Below, one piece after another: positions 7,191-15,968 of a stretch of 34,443 bases of DNA; the stretch's first letter is position 1; every line of letters starts with the position of its first letter. The position numbers and the translations under genes were made by a program. Where the stretch lies: IMG/VR virus record IMGVR_UViG_3300025082_000031, positions 1-34,443 of that record. One strand, 5' to 3'. Origin of the DNA: a virus (Duplodnaviria; Caudoviricetes). Under the pieces are notes generated by a model that did not search any database, was not told the origin of the DNA, and saw only the letters and a program-made list of their open reading frames with translations.

Positions 7191-10100
7191 GTTCTCTTCT
7201 CCTCATTATCTGGGGCGCCTGCATCTGTGCCATCTGCTGGTTTCGTTTTTTGATCGGCTGCTCCAGCTGCGTCAGGAAATCATCAGATTGAGGATTGAAA
7301 AGACCAATGTTCCCGATTGCAGATTTGATCTGTTTCGGATTAAAAACCACAACTTCATTCCCACCAACGATGGCATCAAATCCAGATTCCTCTGCCAGTT
7401 CTGACATGTCGATTCCAAGGGTGTCGGTCAGATTTTCAACAAACTGCCAGGGTAATTTGATGTCAGATGCTTTTTTATCAAAAAGGTTTTCTGCATCTCC
7501 TATAGTCAGCTCATGATCGGACCAGGTCATTGCCTGGAAAAACCCTTCCTTTAATTTTTGCAGCATCTCATCATTAAATTTACTTTTATGCATATTTAAA
7601 GGATTTTTGATTGACAAATAAAATGGAAGGATTTCTGGAGAAAACACTTTATCTTCCATAACCACAACGGCCATATCACCTGCATACTGATCTTCTGCAT
7701 ATTGTTTCAACCCAGCTGCTGTTTTTGGATAATTGTCATCGTTGTAAAAATCCACATTATCAAAATCAAATTCATCAATCTGTTCTGTGAGTTCATCAGA
7801 ACCAACCTGAGATGGATCTGCAAAGACCTTGGCAACCGGTCCACTGATATCCTGCGAAGTTAATTGTTCATCAATGCTTTCTGCATAGTGTTCCGCCGTC
7901 AATGCTTTTGGAGAAAAATAAAATCCTTTTCCATGGTATCCATGATCCCGCAATCCCTGCTTTTCCTTGTCAAATTTGGTTCCCTCAAAACTCGGAGATC
8001 CATGGAAAAACAGCATTGGATCAGTCAGCTCCATATCCTCCATGGTACTGTCGGAAAATTGATTCATTTTCACCTGCTCCGGACCAATTACGGTGACAAA
8101 ATCGTTTTTGTCATGATCAAAAAATAGTTCAAAGGTTGCAGCAGATGGAGTATCACCGGGCTGGTCCTTTTCAAAGTCCCAGTTCCACCAGCGTTCAAAA
8201 TTATGCTGGCGTTTTGATTTGTCTAGGATGGGATGCTGGAGTTCCCGCGCAGATTCGTAGTCGCGCAGGGCGTTTTGGAGATATGTTTGATTTTCCGGGG
8301 AACCAGGTGCTTCACCAAAGACGGTGGAAGCAGTATCTCCGGGAAGGACTAATTGTTTTGTTCTGGGGAGGCTTCTGGAGACGATGGACCAATCTGGTTC
8401 CCTTCCTGGTCCACCAGTTCTACGGGCTGCCTGGTCAAGAGCTGACCGAACGCGGGCCTCAAGTTCTGGCCGGTAATTATTTCGTAGGTCGTCCACAAGC
8501 GATCTTTTCGCCGCTGCTTCGATCCTTTCACTGTAACGTTCGCCATTGTTATCCTTTGTCCAATCATTGTGTCGAATTCTTATGTTAACATCTTCCCATT
8601 CAATTTCAAAGTCGATTCCTTTACCTGGAAATATCTCATTGACGGCATCAACTATGGTTTGTGCATTATTTTCGATGTATGTACGTAATTGCTTTGGATT
8701 GCTTTTTTGCCACAGTGCCTCTTGCGCCCCCTTAGTACCGGGGATATCCTCCCCTTTTTTCGGTTTAACTTCCAAACCACCTTTCGGCATTGGCGGGAAT
8801 GCATCAAGAAGCTGCTGGGTCCATTCTGGATCTTTGCTTTTTTGTATATTGGCCAATATTCCAGGATCAACATGGGATGGTTTCTTCCGTAACCATCTAA
8901 GCAGCTCGGTATTTCCACCTTGAGCGGCCATTTCTGGAGTGGTGACAATCATCCGGATTCCAGGCTTGCCATCTTCCAAAATTGGTTGAAAACCCTGGAA
9001 AAGACCCGGATTCAATTGGTTCACTGACGCCCAGATCTTCTGGAGATTATCCCCCTTGGTGATTCGGTCTGTACCATTTTCCAGAATATCAACTGCAATC
9101 CCGTTCCCATCATCTGCACCTTCAGAAACCGGACGCACCGCCCAGACTTCCGTCTGCTGCGCGAGATATCCCACGATATCTGCATACAGATCCGCCCCTT
9201 CCGGGGATGCAAGCAGTGATTCCACCATGGCAGGTGCAGGATCATAACTTTGCCACCCTCCATGCCCATGGACTCGGCCAATGTTGACGGTTCCCGCCAG
9301 TTCATTAGCAACATCACCCACCCAGGACATCACTTCCCGCGTCACCCTGGTTTTTTCTGGACCTGGAAGGTTTTCAAATTCCGGGAATTCCACACTTAAT
9401 GGAGATCCTTCGCCAAAACTCAATTCTGCACTGACACGCTGGATATTTTGGTCAATTGCTTCAGGGACATCCTCCCCAGGCGCCCCATACAGGTCTGACA
9501 TCGCCATCCAGCCAATCGCCTGGACATCGGGTGCTTCTAACTCAAAATCAATTCCATGATCTAACCCCCATCCACGACTTATCAATTCACCAGCAATGCG
9601 GCGCCCCTGGTTGGCAGCCCATTCATATTGGGTTTCACTCCATCCACCTTTAGGTTGATCAATTTGCAGTTCATATCCCTTTGGGATTCTATAATTTTTC
9701 TTAATGAACTTCGCATAGGTGTCATCCACAAAACCCATGTCCCTGCCAGTGTGGACATCCACCACAAATGGGGCGCCTGCGTCCGGATCTAGGTCATAAT
9801 AGGTCCGGAATTTGTTCTGCATTGCTGCATCATAGAAATCATGGATTTTCTGACCGGCACCTTTGTCAATCGGCTCACCTTCTGCAATCTTAAACAATGG
9901 ATAATCGGCGGTTCCGGATTGTTGTCTGCCAGGATCATCAAATTTGACTCCACGCCGTGCCTGTTCCCGCTGCTTCACATAGGCCCGGATTGCTTGACTA
10001 GGAGATGCCTGCTGTGAACCCACCAAAAACCCGGATTCCATCTCTGGAGTCATCTCTGGTCCCACTGTACTTAGGAAGGGTTCAATCATTTTGTTGGACC

Positions 10101-10671
10101 GATACCATTTGGAAGAGTCCACAATGCGTTCCGAGGGCAAAACCCCTTCAACCCGGCGTATCCAATCCTTTGCGGTTTGTGGTCCAATCCTCAAAGGCGG
10201 CAATAAGACCCCTCTTTTGGGCTGCAGAAGTATAGATTTGTTCTTTGGCGCCCCTGGAAGGGTTGCCTTTTTGTCCAAAAGGAGTTTTTTCTGGTTTTGT
10301 TTCTCTCGATTCTTCCTTTTTGTGGCCCGATCCGCAGATGCTGCAGAAGGGGTAAGGACTTGTTCAAAATCACCACTCAAAGTGGGTGGGACTTCTGCCC
10401 ACATTGAGGCTTTTAACCGGGTTAAGGCTTTGTCTGTGGAAGACTCGGACGCCGGTGGAAGCATTATTGGTGAAATCGTTGGCGCTGCGGCCATTGGTGG
10501 ATCGGCCAGCTCCATAATTGCCTGCCCAGGTCCGCCCAAAACACGCCGAGCTGCAGTTTTTGCAGCAGCTTTCCTAACCGTGGACATTGGCTGCTTTGCC
10601 TGGAGGGTTTCCAGACCAAAATCTTCTGCCGGAAAAGTAAGATCCGTTTGTTGGTTCTGGTTTTCTGCCAT
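7180..10671 (-). CDS. Large polyvalent protein with C-terminal ADP-ribosyltransferase-like (ART-PolyVal type) domain and a possible DNA-glycosylase-like region
   Basis: FFHGS...GKGFYFS...LPFYLSIKNPL...GFDAI..NEVVVFNPKQIKSAIGNIGLFNP at the C-terminus; WY...GQKIHDF...VVDVH..R..G...QAIGW in the N-terminal half. Confidence 0.72.
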   Translation of the reverse strand: MAENQNQQTDLTFPAEDFGLETLQAKQPMSTVRKAAAKTAARRVLGGPGQAIMELADPPMAAAPTISPIMLPPASESSTDKALTRLKASMWAEVPPTLSGDFEQVLTPSAASADRATKRKNREKQNQKKLLLDKKATLPGAPKNKSILLQPKRGVLLPPLRIGPQTAKDWIRRVEGVLPSERIVDSSKWYRSNKMIEPFLSTVGPEMTPEMESGFLVGSQQASPSQAIRAYVKQREQARRGVKFDDPGRQQSGTADYPLFKIAEGEPIDKGAGQKIHDFYDAAMQNKFRTYYDLDPDAGAPFVVDVHTGRDMGFVDDTYAKFIKKNYRIPKGYELQIDQPKGGWSETQYEWAANQGRRIAGELISRGWGLDHGIDFELEAPDVQAIGWMAMSDLYGAPGEDVPEAIDQNIQRVSAELSFGEGSPLSVEFPEFENLPGPEKTRVTREVMSWVGDVANELAGTVNIGRVHGHGGWQSYDPAPAMVESLLASPEGADLYADIVGYLAQQTEVWAVRPVSEGADDGNGIAVDILENGTDRITKGDNLQKIWASVNQLNPGLFQGFQPILEDGKPGIRMIVTTPEMAAQGGNTELLRWLRKKPSHVDPGILANIQKSKDPEWTQQLLDAFPPMPKGGLEVKPKKGEDIPGTKGAQEALWQKSNPKQLRTYIENNAQTIVDAVNEIFPGKGIDFEIEWEDVNIRIRHNDWTKDNNGERYSERIEAAAKRSLVDDLRNNYRPELEARVRSALDQAARRTGGPGREPDWSIVSRSLPRTKQLVLPGDTASTVFGEAPGSPENQTYLQNALRDYESARELQHPILDKSKRQHNFERWWNWDFEKDQPGDTPSAATFELFFDHDKNDFVTVIGPEQVKMNQFSDSTMEDMELTDPMLFFHGSPSFEGTKFDKEKQGLRDHGYHGKGFYFSPKALTAEHYAESIDEQLTSQDISGPVAKVFADPSQVGSDELTEQIDEFDFDNVDFYNDDNYPKTAAGLKQYAEDQYAGDMAVVVMEDKVFSPEILPFYLSIKNPLNMHKSKFNDEMLQKLKEGFFQAMTWSDHELTIGDAENLFDKKASDIKLPWQFVENLTDTLGIDMSELAEESGFDAIVGGNEVVVFNPKQIKSAIGNIGLFNPQSDDFLTQLEQPIKKRNQQMAQMQAPQIMRRRERAA

Positions 10672-12203
10672 CAGTTCAATTCTTCATAAACTGGTTCCAT
10701 TCCATTTTGTTCCCACCACTGATTTTCATTCTCATCCATCACTTGGCGCAGAGCAGCTGCTTCCATGCGCTGCTCCTCCGCCCGGAACCACTCCCTGGTC
10801 CCGATCATTGGCGCCAGTGTCTGAGGCTGGTGTAAAAACGCCAAGGATTCCCGCCATACATATAATAGTGCGTCTGCTGCATGATTCTCACAGTCTGCTT
10901 TTTCGATATACCGTCCTTTGATCATTTCAGTCATATCCCACTCCAATAACTCCAACTCATCAATCAGATCTGCATTCTCTGGTACATCAGAAATCAACAA
11001 CTTCCCTTTTTTCAGATCCGAATTCAGAAGTTCGATGTGATCATGCTTCTGTCGTTTCTGCGCTGGTAAAATATCCAACGAATATCTTTTTGACATCTCT
11101 TCCACAACCATCTTCCCCAACCCTCCAGTATCGGCCACAATCCTTGTGAATTGATATTGTGCATCCAAATACTGAATTTTCTTTGCAATGTCATCAGAAG
11201 TGAACCCTGTGTATTTTTGAGTTTCCACCACATAGGTTTCTGCAACTTCTTCACTCCAACAAATAACAACGAATGCCGTTGAGTCAATAAAACCCAAATC
11301 AACCCCAAGGGCATAGTTCCACTCAACTTCTGGCAACTCGTCTGCACAGTTCCTTTTCTTGTTGAAGGCATAAACCAATGAGTTTTCATCCCGGACCCAC
11401 TCTCCTTCATACTCCCTTCGGAAGGTTGCATCACCTTCATCCCATCCTGTTTCTTCCTTCTTCCTTGATAACCATTCCAGGGCACCAGGAAGATGAGGGT
11501 TTTGCAAAAGTGTCCAAAAATGCTTCTGCCAGGGACTCCGGTCCAACTGATCCATGTCATAAAAATACCCCGCTGCTGCTGCAGATGGGGTTCCAAACAT
11601 CCAGATTGATCCATCCAAATCCAAACATGCTGGTTCCAGAATATCCTCCACCAAGTTCTCCAATAAACGACTCTTGATACTCTGACATTCGTCAATTACA
11701 CATAATTTGTAACGTGGTCCTCTGAATTTTTCGATCTCCTGTTCATCCTGACATCCGCCCATAATGATCTGTGATCCATTTGGAAATCGCACGGTCAACT
11801 GATTTTCCAAAAACTCCATTCCAAATCCCCATCCGCGTTCCAACTCCCTCAGTGTGTTCCATACAATCCGACGTGCATTCTTAATACTTAACGTGATGTA
11901 AGGCACCAGCAGATTATCCATTTCCACGGCTGCTGTGATCAGACCCACTGCTGCCAGATGAGTCTTGCCTGCACGCCTGGAACACCTCGCCAGCTTCTTG
12001 TGATGATCGGATAAAAAGAATTCCAGCTGCTTCTCATGCAGACTCTCACTCAAACCCTCACCCAGACCAACCAGCTTTTCCCGGACTTGCTCCCTACCCC
12101 GCTTTCTTTTTACTGCTTCCTCGACTAGCAACCTTTGCTCCCTGCTCCACTGCAGATCGTTTGCTGCTTCCCGCCGCGCCCGCTTTTTTGGACTTCCTGC
12201 CAT
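10671..12203 (-). CDS. terL: Terminase large subunit
   Basis: Walker A SRRAGKT, Walker B CVIDECQ, FGTP motif, RNase H-like GVDLGFID and HAADAL. Confidence 0.95.
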   Translation of the reverse strand: MAGSPKKRARREAANDLQWSREQRLLVEEAVKRKRGREQVREKLVGLGEGLSESLHEKQLEFFLSDHHKKLARCSRRAGKTHLAAVGLITAAVEMDNLLVPYITLSIKNARRIVWNTLRELERGWGFGMEFLENQLTVRFPNGSQIIMGGCQDEQEIEKFRGPRYKLCVIDECQSIKSRLLENLVEDILEPACLDLDGSIWMFGTPSAAAAGYFYDMDQLDRSPWQKHFWTLLQNPHLPGALEWLSRKKEETGWDEGDATFRREYEGEWVRDENSLVYAFNKKRNCADELPEVEWNYALGVDLGFIDSTAFVVICWSEEVAETYVVETQKYTGFTSDDIAKKIQYLDAQYQFTRIVADTGGLGKMVVEEMSKRYSLDILPAQKRQKHDHIELLNSDLKKGKLLISDVPENADLIDELELLEWDMTEMIKGRYIEKADCENHAADALLYVWRESLAFLHQPQTLAPMIGTREWFRAEEQRMEAAALRQVMDENENQWWEQNGMEPVYEELN

Positions 12204-12426
12204 CTTCTACAATCTTTGAATCTTCAACTGTTTCCAAAAACTGAACATTTGCCATAGGGATGTAACGCGTGTAAACAATCCCCTCAACATTCCGGATTAC
12301 CTGGATCATGTCTTCTTCCCAGGTCAGCTTTGTTACTGTTCCATTCTTCTCTCCAGCCTGGAGCAATTCAGTCGTGCCGCCTGGCATCTGCAAGACACGC
12401 ATCAGATGGACTTGTGTTAATTCCAT
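12094..12426 (-). CDS. Hypothetical protein (likely start MELTQ at 12426)
   Basis: ATG overlaps the upstream gene's end; C-terminal tail overlaps the terL start. Confidence 0.6.
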   Translation of the reverse strand: MELTQVHLMRVLQMPGGTTELLQAGEKNGTVTKLTWEEDMIQVIRNVEGIVYTRYIPMANVQFLETVEDSKIVEDGRKSKKAGAAGSSKRSAVEQGAKVASRGSSKKKAG

Positions 12427-13031
12427 TTCATCATCCGATAAGGGTTCCACATAAAATGAACGCCAGGCCAATGGCTATACAAGGCCGGCGTCCGGTGAGA
12501 TATTCTTACCTTGTTGATACCATAAAATTCTGTCAGTTTCGTTTCCTCCAAAAGTAACCGCCCAATTCCAAATCCACGGAAGGCATTCTTCACATAGATG
12601 AAATGTAAACAATGCAGATCGCTGCACACCCATCCCCAAACCGTGTCTGGATCTCCAGGGTCGCAGGCTAACGTAATGTCGGTATGTGGGATTAATTTTT
12701 TGAGGAGAATGTCGTGGTGGTAAACGAGGATGGGACGGGGTATCGGAGCGGTGGTACCCCCCTGCCGTGTTTCGCCGCTGGCCAGGCGTCCCTGCCATCT
12801 AGCTGATGTATCAGGTCTAAGGTTACACTGCCACGGGGAATGATCTGCCACTGCTTTGGTCCAGGCATCCAGGACCAATCCCAGTGCTGCATCATCTGGC
12901 TCTGGGCTGCGAAACAGCACCCGGATTCCATCCTGGCCCTCTTTGATGCCAGCAGATGTCAATGTGGCAGATGTACTAGAAGCCACATTCCCCTCCTTAT
13001 CCCTTTGTTTCCAACGATTCGCAGTTTTCAT
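12417..13031 (-). CDS. GNAT-fold acetyltransferase-like protein (start uncertain)
   Basis: LHFIYVKNAFRGFGIGRLLL is the acetyl-CoA binding motif A (R/QxxGxG/A). Confidence 0.7.
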   Translation of the reverse strand: MKTANRWKQRDKEGNVASSTSATLTSAGIKEGQDGIRVLFRSPEPDDAALGLVLDAWTKAVADHSPWQCNLRPDTSARWQGRLASGETRQGGTTAPIPRPILVYHHDILLKKLIPHTDITLACDPGDPDTVWGWVCSDLHCLHFIYVKNAFRGFGIGRLLLEETKLTEFYGINKVRISHRTPALYSHWPGVHFMWNPYRMMKWN

Positions 13032-13040
13032 ATTCAAAAT

Positions 13041-13064
13041 GTACCCCGTTTTGTACCCCGTTTT
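13041..13064 (+). repeat. Perfect tandem 12-bp repeat GTACCCCGTTTT x2
   Basis: Read directly from sequence, just downstream of terS. Confidence 0.85.
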
Positions 13065-13071
13065 AACGACA

Positions 13072-13512
13072 TTAAGGCCGATCGATGTGTGATTGATCAA
13101 TCTGCTTTGCCTGGGGTATTTTCCCACTGACGGCGTTCAGCAGCGCAGGATCACCGCGCAGCTCATCGAGCAGCTGCGAATCGTTCAGCTTTGAGAGATT
13201 GATCTGGATGTTGGCCTGGTGCTGGATGTCGTTGTTCCAAGTGTCCGGGCGCCGGTTCTTGAGAAAGAATTTGGTGGCTTCTAGGTGGCCGGAATCCACC
13301 TGGTTCAGAAGGGAAGAGGTGGCCCGCCGAATTCCTTGCGCACATCCGCGTGTGATTGTTTCCTCGATTGCAGGATATTCATTTTTCTTGTGACTGAATG
13401 ATGTCGGGTGAATCCCCAAATTCCAGGCGATGTCTTGTTCATCCAACCCTGACATGGCCATCTGCTCGATATCCTTGAGGATCTTGTCAGTTGGAATCCA
13501 CTTCTTGCCCAT
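13072..13512 (-). CDS. terS: Terminase small subunit (HTH type; start MGKKW at 13512)
   Basis: IEQMAMSGLDEQDIAWNLGI HTH, ATKFFLKNR...W motif; first gene of the packaging module. Confidence 0.75.
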   Translation of the reverse strand: MGKKWIPTDKILKDIEQMAMSGLDEQDIAWNLGIHPTSFSHKKNEYPAIEETITRGCAQGIRRATSSLLNQVDSGHLEATKFFLKNRRPDTWNNDIQHQANIQINLSKLNDSQLLDELRGDPALLNAVSGKIPQAKQIDQSHIDRP

Positions 13513-13659
13513 AGCATCCTGCCGTGGTTTTGTGATGCAGCCGAGGCTCAAGGGAATGAGGGAACAACCCTCGGCTGCTAAAGACAAACCTGCCGAAATC
13601 GACGACATGCTCTGATGTCCGGGTCGATTTTCAGGTTGTCGGGCACCATCTCAATTGCG

Positions 13660-13689
13660 AGGTTATTGAACACTTTATGCGATTGTCAA
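13660..13689 (-). promoter_or_regulatory. Putative sigma70-type late promoter TTGACA-18-TAACCT
   Basis: Perfect -35 and TAnnnT -10 at the start of the gap before terS. Confidence 0.45.
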
Positions 13690-13880
13690 ACTTTTTCTGC
13701 AACCGGTGTCAAAGCTTCAATCAGATTAGACTTGGTCATGTACCTAGATTTCCCTGGTTTGATGCTTTGCAGCCTGCCGGATCGGCACCATCGTTGGATG
13801 GTCCGTTCACATATTTCGATGTTGAAATTCTTGGCATAGAATGCAGCAGCCTGTTTGGTATCGTAGTATTTTTCAATCAT
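13686..13880 (-). CDS. Small MerR/excisionase-like HTH DNA-binding protein
   Basis: YYDTKQAA...ERTIQRWCRSGRLQSIKPG pattern. Confidence 0.75.
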   Translation of the reverse strand: MIEKYYDTKQAAAFYAKNFNIEICERTIQRWCRSGRLQSIKPGKSRYMTKSNLIEALTPVAEKV

Positions 13881-14785
13881 GCTTGGGTTGTGGGTTGATG
13901 GTTCTTGGTGAGTTGATCGATGTGCATTCCATTGTCGAATGCTGCACGGATTGCTTTGGGATCAATGCCTGGGCATTTTGATTTTGCCATCATGGTGTAG
14001 GCACTGAGGGTGGCAATGCCTGTGGCAGTTGGTTTGGATTCAGTCTTGGTCACAGGTGTGTTTTCCTGGGGCGCCCCTTCCATCCAGTATTTCCATTCAC
14101 CATCCCGGAGGATGTATTTTGCTTTCTTCGCATATTTCGTCCTGGCGCCTTTGAACTCAGCAGCATAAGCAAAAGCAAATTTAAGCAGATCCGTTTCCAG
14201 TTCATTTTTAGGGAAGTAGTTTTTTTCCAGCTCCTGGAATAATTCAAAAGCATCCGCCTTATCCTCATGCTTTGGATAAACCTTCCAGAACTTTTCAAAC
14301 ACCTCGGAATATTGGGGCGCGGCAGTAGTTATCTTCTTCCTTCTTTTTCCTTCTTTTCTTTCTTTACCTTCTTCTGTTGTTGTCGTTGGTTTGTTGTTGG
14401 TTTGTTGTTGGTTTGTCGTTCGTTTGTCATCAGCCTGCAGTGTGCTTGCACTTTCGTCTTCCGGCTTCTTCTGGAATGCCTTCCAATTACTGACCTTGAT
14501 GAGGGTTCCTTTGTTTGTCGTACTGACAGAAATCATATCGCATTCGGCCAACACCTTTCTGGAGTGTCGAATTTGACCGATTGAAAGGCCATTTTTGGCG
14601 CTGTCACGATGCATAGAAGTGATGAATGAACCCTTCTCCAAACAGAATTCTTTCTGGTCCCAAAACACATCATGAGTCTTCCAGGCGGCAGATTCTAAAC
14701 AGTGCAGCCAATAGATCCAGATGAAGGGTCTGGACCTCAGATGATGGTCCGCGCTGCTGCGGTAGTATTTGAACCAATCACTCAT
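13877..14785 (-). CDS. Phage replication initiator / replisome organiser
   Basis: N-terminal winged-HTH (W.K..R...LEKGSFITS), Thr/Asn/Lys-rich linker with DNA repeats, FEKFWKVYPK C-terminal domain. Confidence 0.8.
   Translation of the reverse strand: MSDWFKYYRSSADHHLRSRPFIWIYWLHCLESAAWKTHDVFWDQKEFCLEKGSFITSMHRDSAKNGLSIGQIRHSRKVLAECDMISVSTTNKGTLIKVSNWKAFQKKPEDESASTLQADDKRTTNQQQTNNKPTTTTEEGKERKEGKRRKKITTAAPQYSEVFEKFWKVYPKHEDKADAFELFQELEKNYFPKNELETDLLKFAFAYAAEFKGARTKYAKKAKYILRDGEWKYWMEGAPQENTPVTKTESKPTATGIATLSAYTMMAKSKCPGIDPKAIRAAFDNGMHIDQLTKNHQPTTQA
14331..14431 (+). repeat. Putative replication origin: five imperfect 11-bp iterons (GGTTTGTTGTT) plus an adjacent pyrimidine tract
   Basis: Repeats start at 14377, 14388, 14399, 14410 and 14421; C/T tract at 14331-14375; inside the initiator gene. 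Confidence 0.65.
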
Positions 14786-15012
14786 CAGCTCACCAATGGT
14801 TCAGGTTCAGGTTCATCCAGATATTTTTCAATACGGGTTACTAATTCCGCATGTTTCTCAAGCACTTGGGTTTGCTGCTCCATCAGCGACCCCAGTTTAA
14901 TCAAGGTTTCAACCAACTTTTCCTGACTTCCCTTTGACCATTGATTTTTTTTAATCTCAGCCAGTTCCCGCAGGATGTCATAAAACAGATCATAGATTCC
15001 TTTGTCAGTCAT
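14785..15012 (-). CDS. Hypothetical protein (75 aa)
   Basis: Coupled ORF with AG-rich RBS. Confidence 0.65.
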   Translation of the reverse strand: MTDKGIYDLFYDILRELAEIKKNQWSKGSQEKLVETLIKLGSLMEQQTQVLEKHAELVTRIEKYLDEPEPEPLVS

Positions 15013-15178
15013 GTTCTCTCCTCTTAACCGGGTGTGTTAAAAATGCTATATCCTTCTGTAATTTACGCAGCAGTTTCCGGGGATCATACCGGACACATCC
15101 CCGGTGCAGAATATCTGCTTTAAACGGCACTGGATCATCTTCTTTTGGATTGAACTGCCAGATTGGTTTAGCTTTCAT
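15005..15178 (-). CDS. Hypothetical protein (57 aa, start MKAKP)
   Basis: GGAGGGG RBS before ATG 15178. Confidence 0.6.
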   Translation of the reverse strand: MKAKPIWQFNPKEDDPVPFKADILHRGCVRYDPRKLLRKLQKDIAFLTHPVKRREHD

Positions 15179-15344
15179 TCCCCTCCTTGGTTTCCGGGTC
15201 ATCATACCGGCGTGATGGCCAGCCATCTTCCTTCTCAATGACCAGGCATTCCGGACACGTTATGCGCCCACCCTTATCACGCCACTCGCGGCCATTTTTG
15301 GTTTGAAACATAAACTTGCAATCAGCACATTTGATCCAGCTCAT
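15168..15344 (-). CDS. Small zinc-finger protein (58 aa; not in ORF track)
   Basis: MSWIKCADCK...ITCPECLV.. has two CxxC motifs; ATGA overlap with upstream gene; GAGG RBS. Confidence 0.7.
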   Translation of the reverse strand: MSWIKCADCKFMFQTKNGREWRDKGGRITCPECLVIEKEDGWPSRRYDDPETKEGNES

Positions 15345-15727
15345 TGTTCCTCTATTTCATCCAGGATGGTTGGTTTCTTGTGGGCAAAGTTTGTCTTAGG
15401 CGGTTCTGATGAATAGTCCAGATGCTGAATCTCTCCACCCTTGGCCAGATATTCTGCCACGGCAAGATCGATCTGATCATGGGTGACCGGTGGTGCATCC
15501 TTCCCTGTCTTCCGCCTGGATAACCCACCAGGGAAAATATCAAAGCTTGGTCCCGTTTTCCTTTTCTGCACAAATGCATTAAGATCCTTGGGACGCACCC
15601 TCCACGCGCTTAAATCCCCTCCCGTCCGATCTGCAATCAATCCGCCGTTCCTTGCATTTCTCCGTAGGGTATCAATGTGAATCCCGGCGAGTTTTTCACA
15701 TTCAACCAGGGTCAGATATTTAGACAT
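15341..15727 (-). CDS. Excisionase/MerR-like HTH DNA-binding protein
   Basis: YLTLVECEKLAGIHIDTLRRNARNGGL..R....WRVRPKDLNAFV. Confidence 0.72.
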   Translation of the reverse strand: MSKYLTLVECEKLAGIHIDTLRRNARNGGLIADRTGGDLSAWRVRPKDLNAFVQKRKTGPSFDIFPGGLSRRKTGKDAPPVTHDQIDLAVAEYLAKGGEIQHLDYSSEPPKTNFAHKKPTILDEIEEQ

Positions 15728-15822
15728 TTTCGACCTTTCGGAAACAACCGTTTCATCCTACCGGTCCAGTGTCTGAGGGTTGGTTTTTCCTGCTTACGAA
15801 TAATCTGTTCAATTTTAGTCAT
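15712..15822 (-). CDS. Small basic hypothetical protein (36 aa)
   Basis: MTKIEQIIRKQEK...; ATGA coupling; fills the operon gap. Confidence 0.4.
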   Translation of the reverse strand: MTKIEQIIRKQEKPTLRHWTGRMKRLFPKGRKCLNI

Positions 15823-15968
15823 GGTTCCCTTTTTTTAATCGATTTTCTCCAGTGAGGTTTGACATAACTTGTTTTTGAAAATGATGTTCTCCAGAATCCA
15901 CGGTGGAAGGTATATCCCTTTCTTTTGAACCGGAAAACATACACCCAAATATTCCATAATTTTTTCAT
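15819..15968 (-). CDS. Small basic hypothetical protein (49 aa)
   Basis: MKKLWNIWVYVFRFK...; ATGA coupling at both ends; GGAGAGGGG RBS. Confidence 0.5.
   Translation of the reverse strand: MKKLWNIWVYVFRFKRKGYTFHRGFWRTSFSKTSYVKPHWRKSIKKREP

Noticed and set aside
10091-10921. 276-aa plus-strand ORF (likewise 25983..26780, 6475..6960 and other antisense ORFs)
   Set aside because: Shadow frames of long minus-strand genes with no recognisable motifs
10671-12203. Additional introns or inteins in terminase or portal
   Set aside because: Both ORFs are continuous and of ordinary length, with no intein end motifs or P/Q/R/S elements seen
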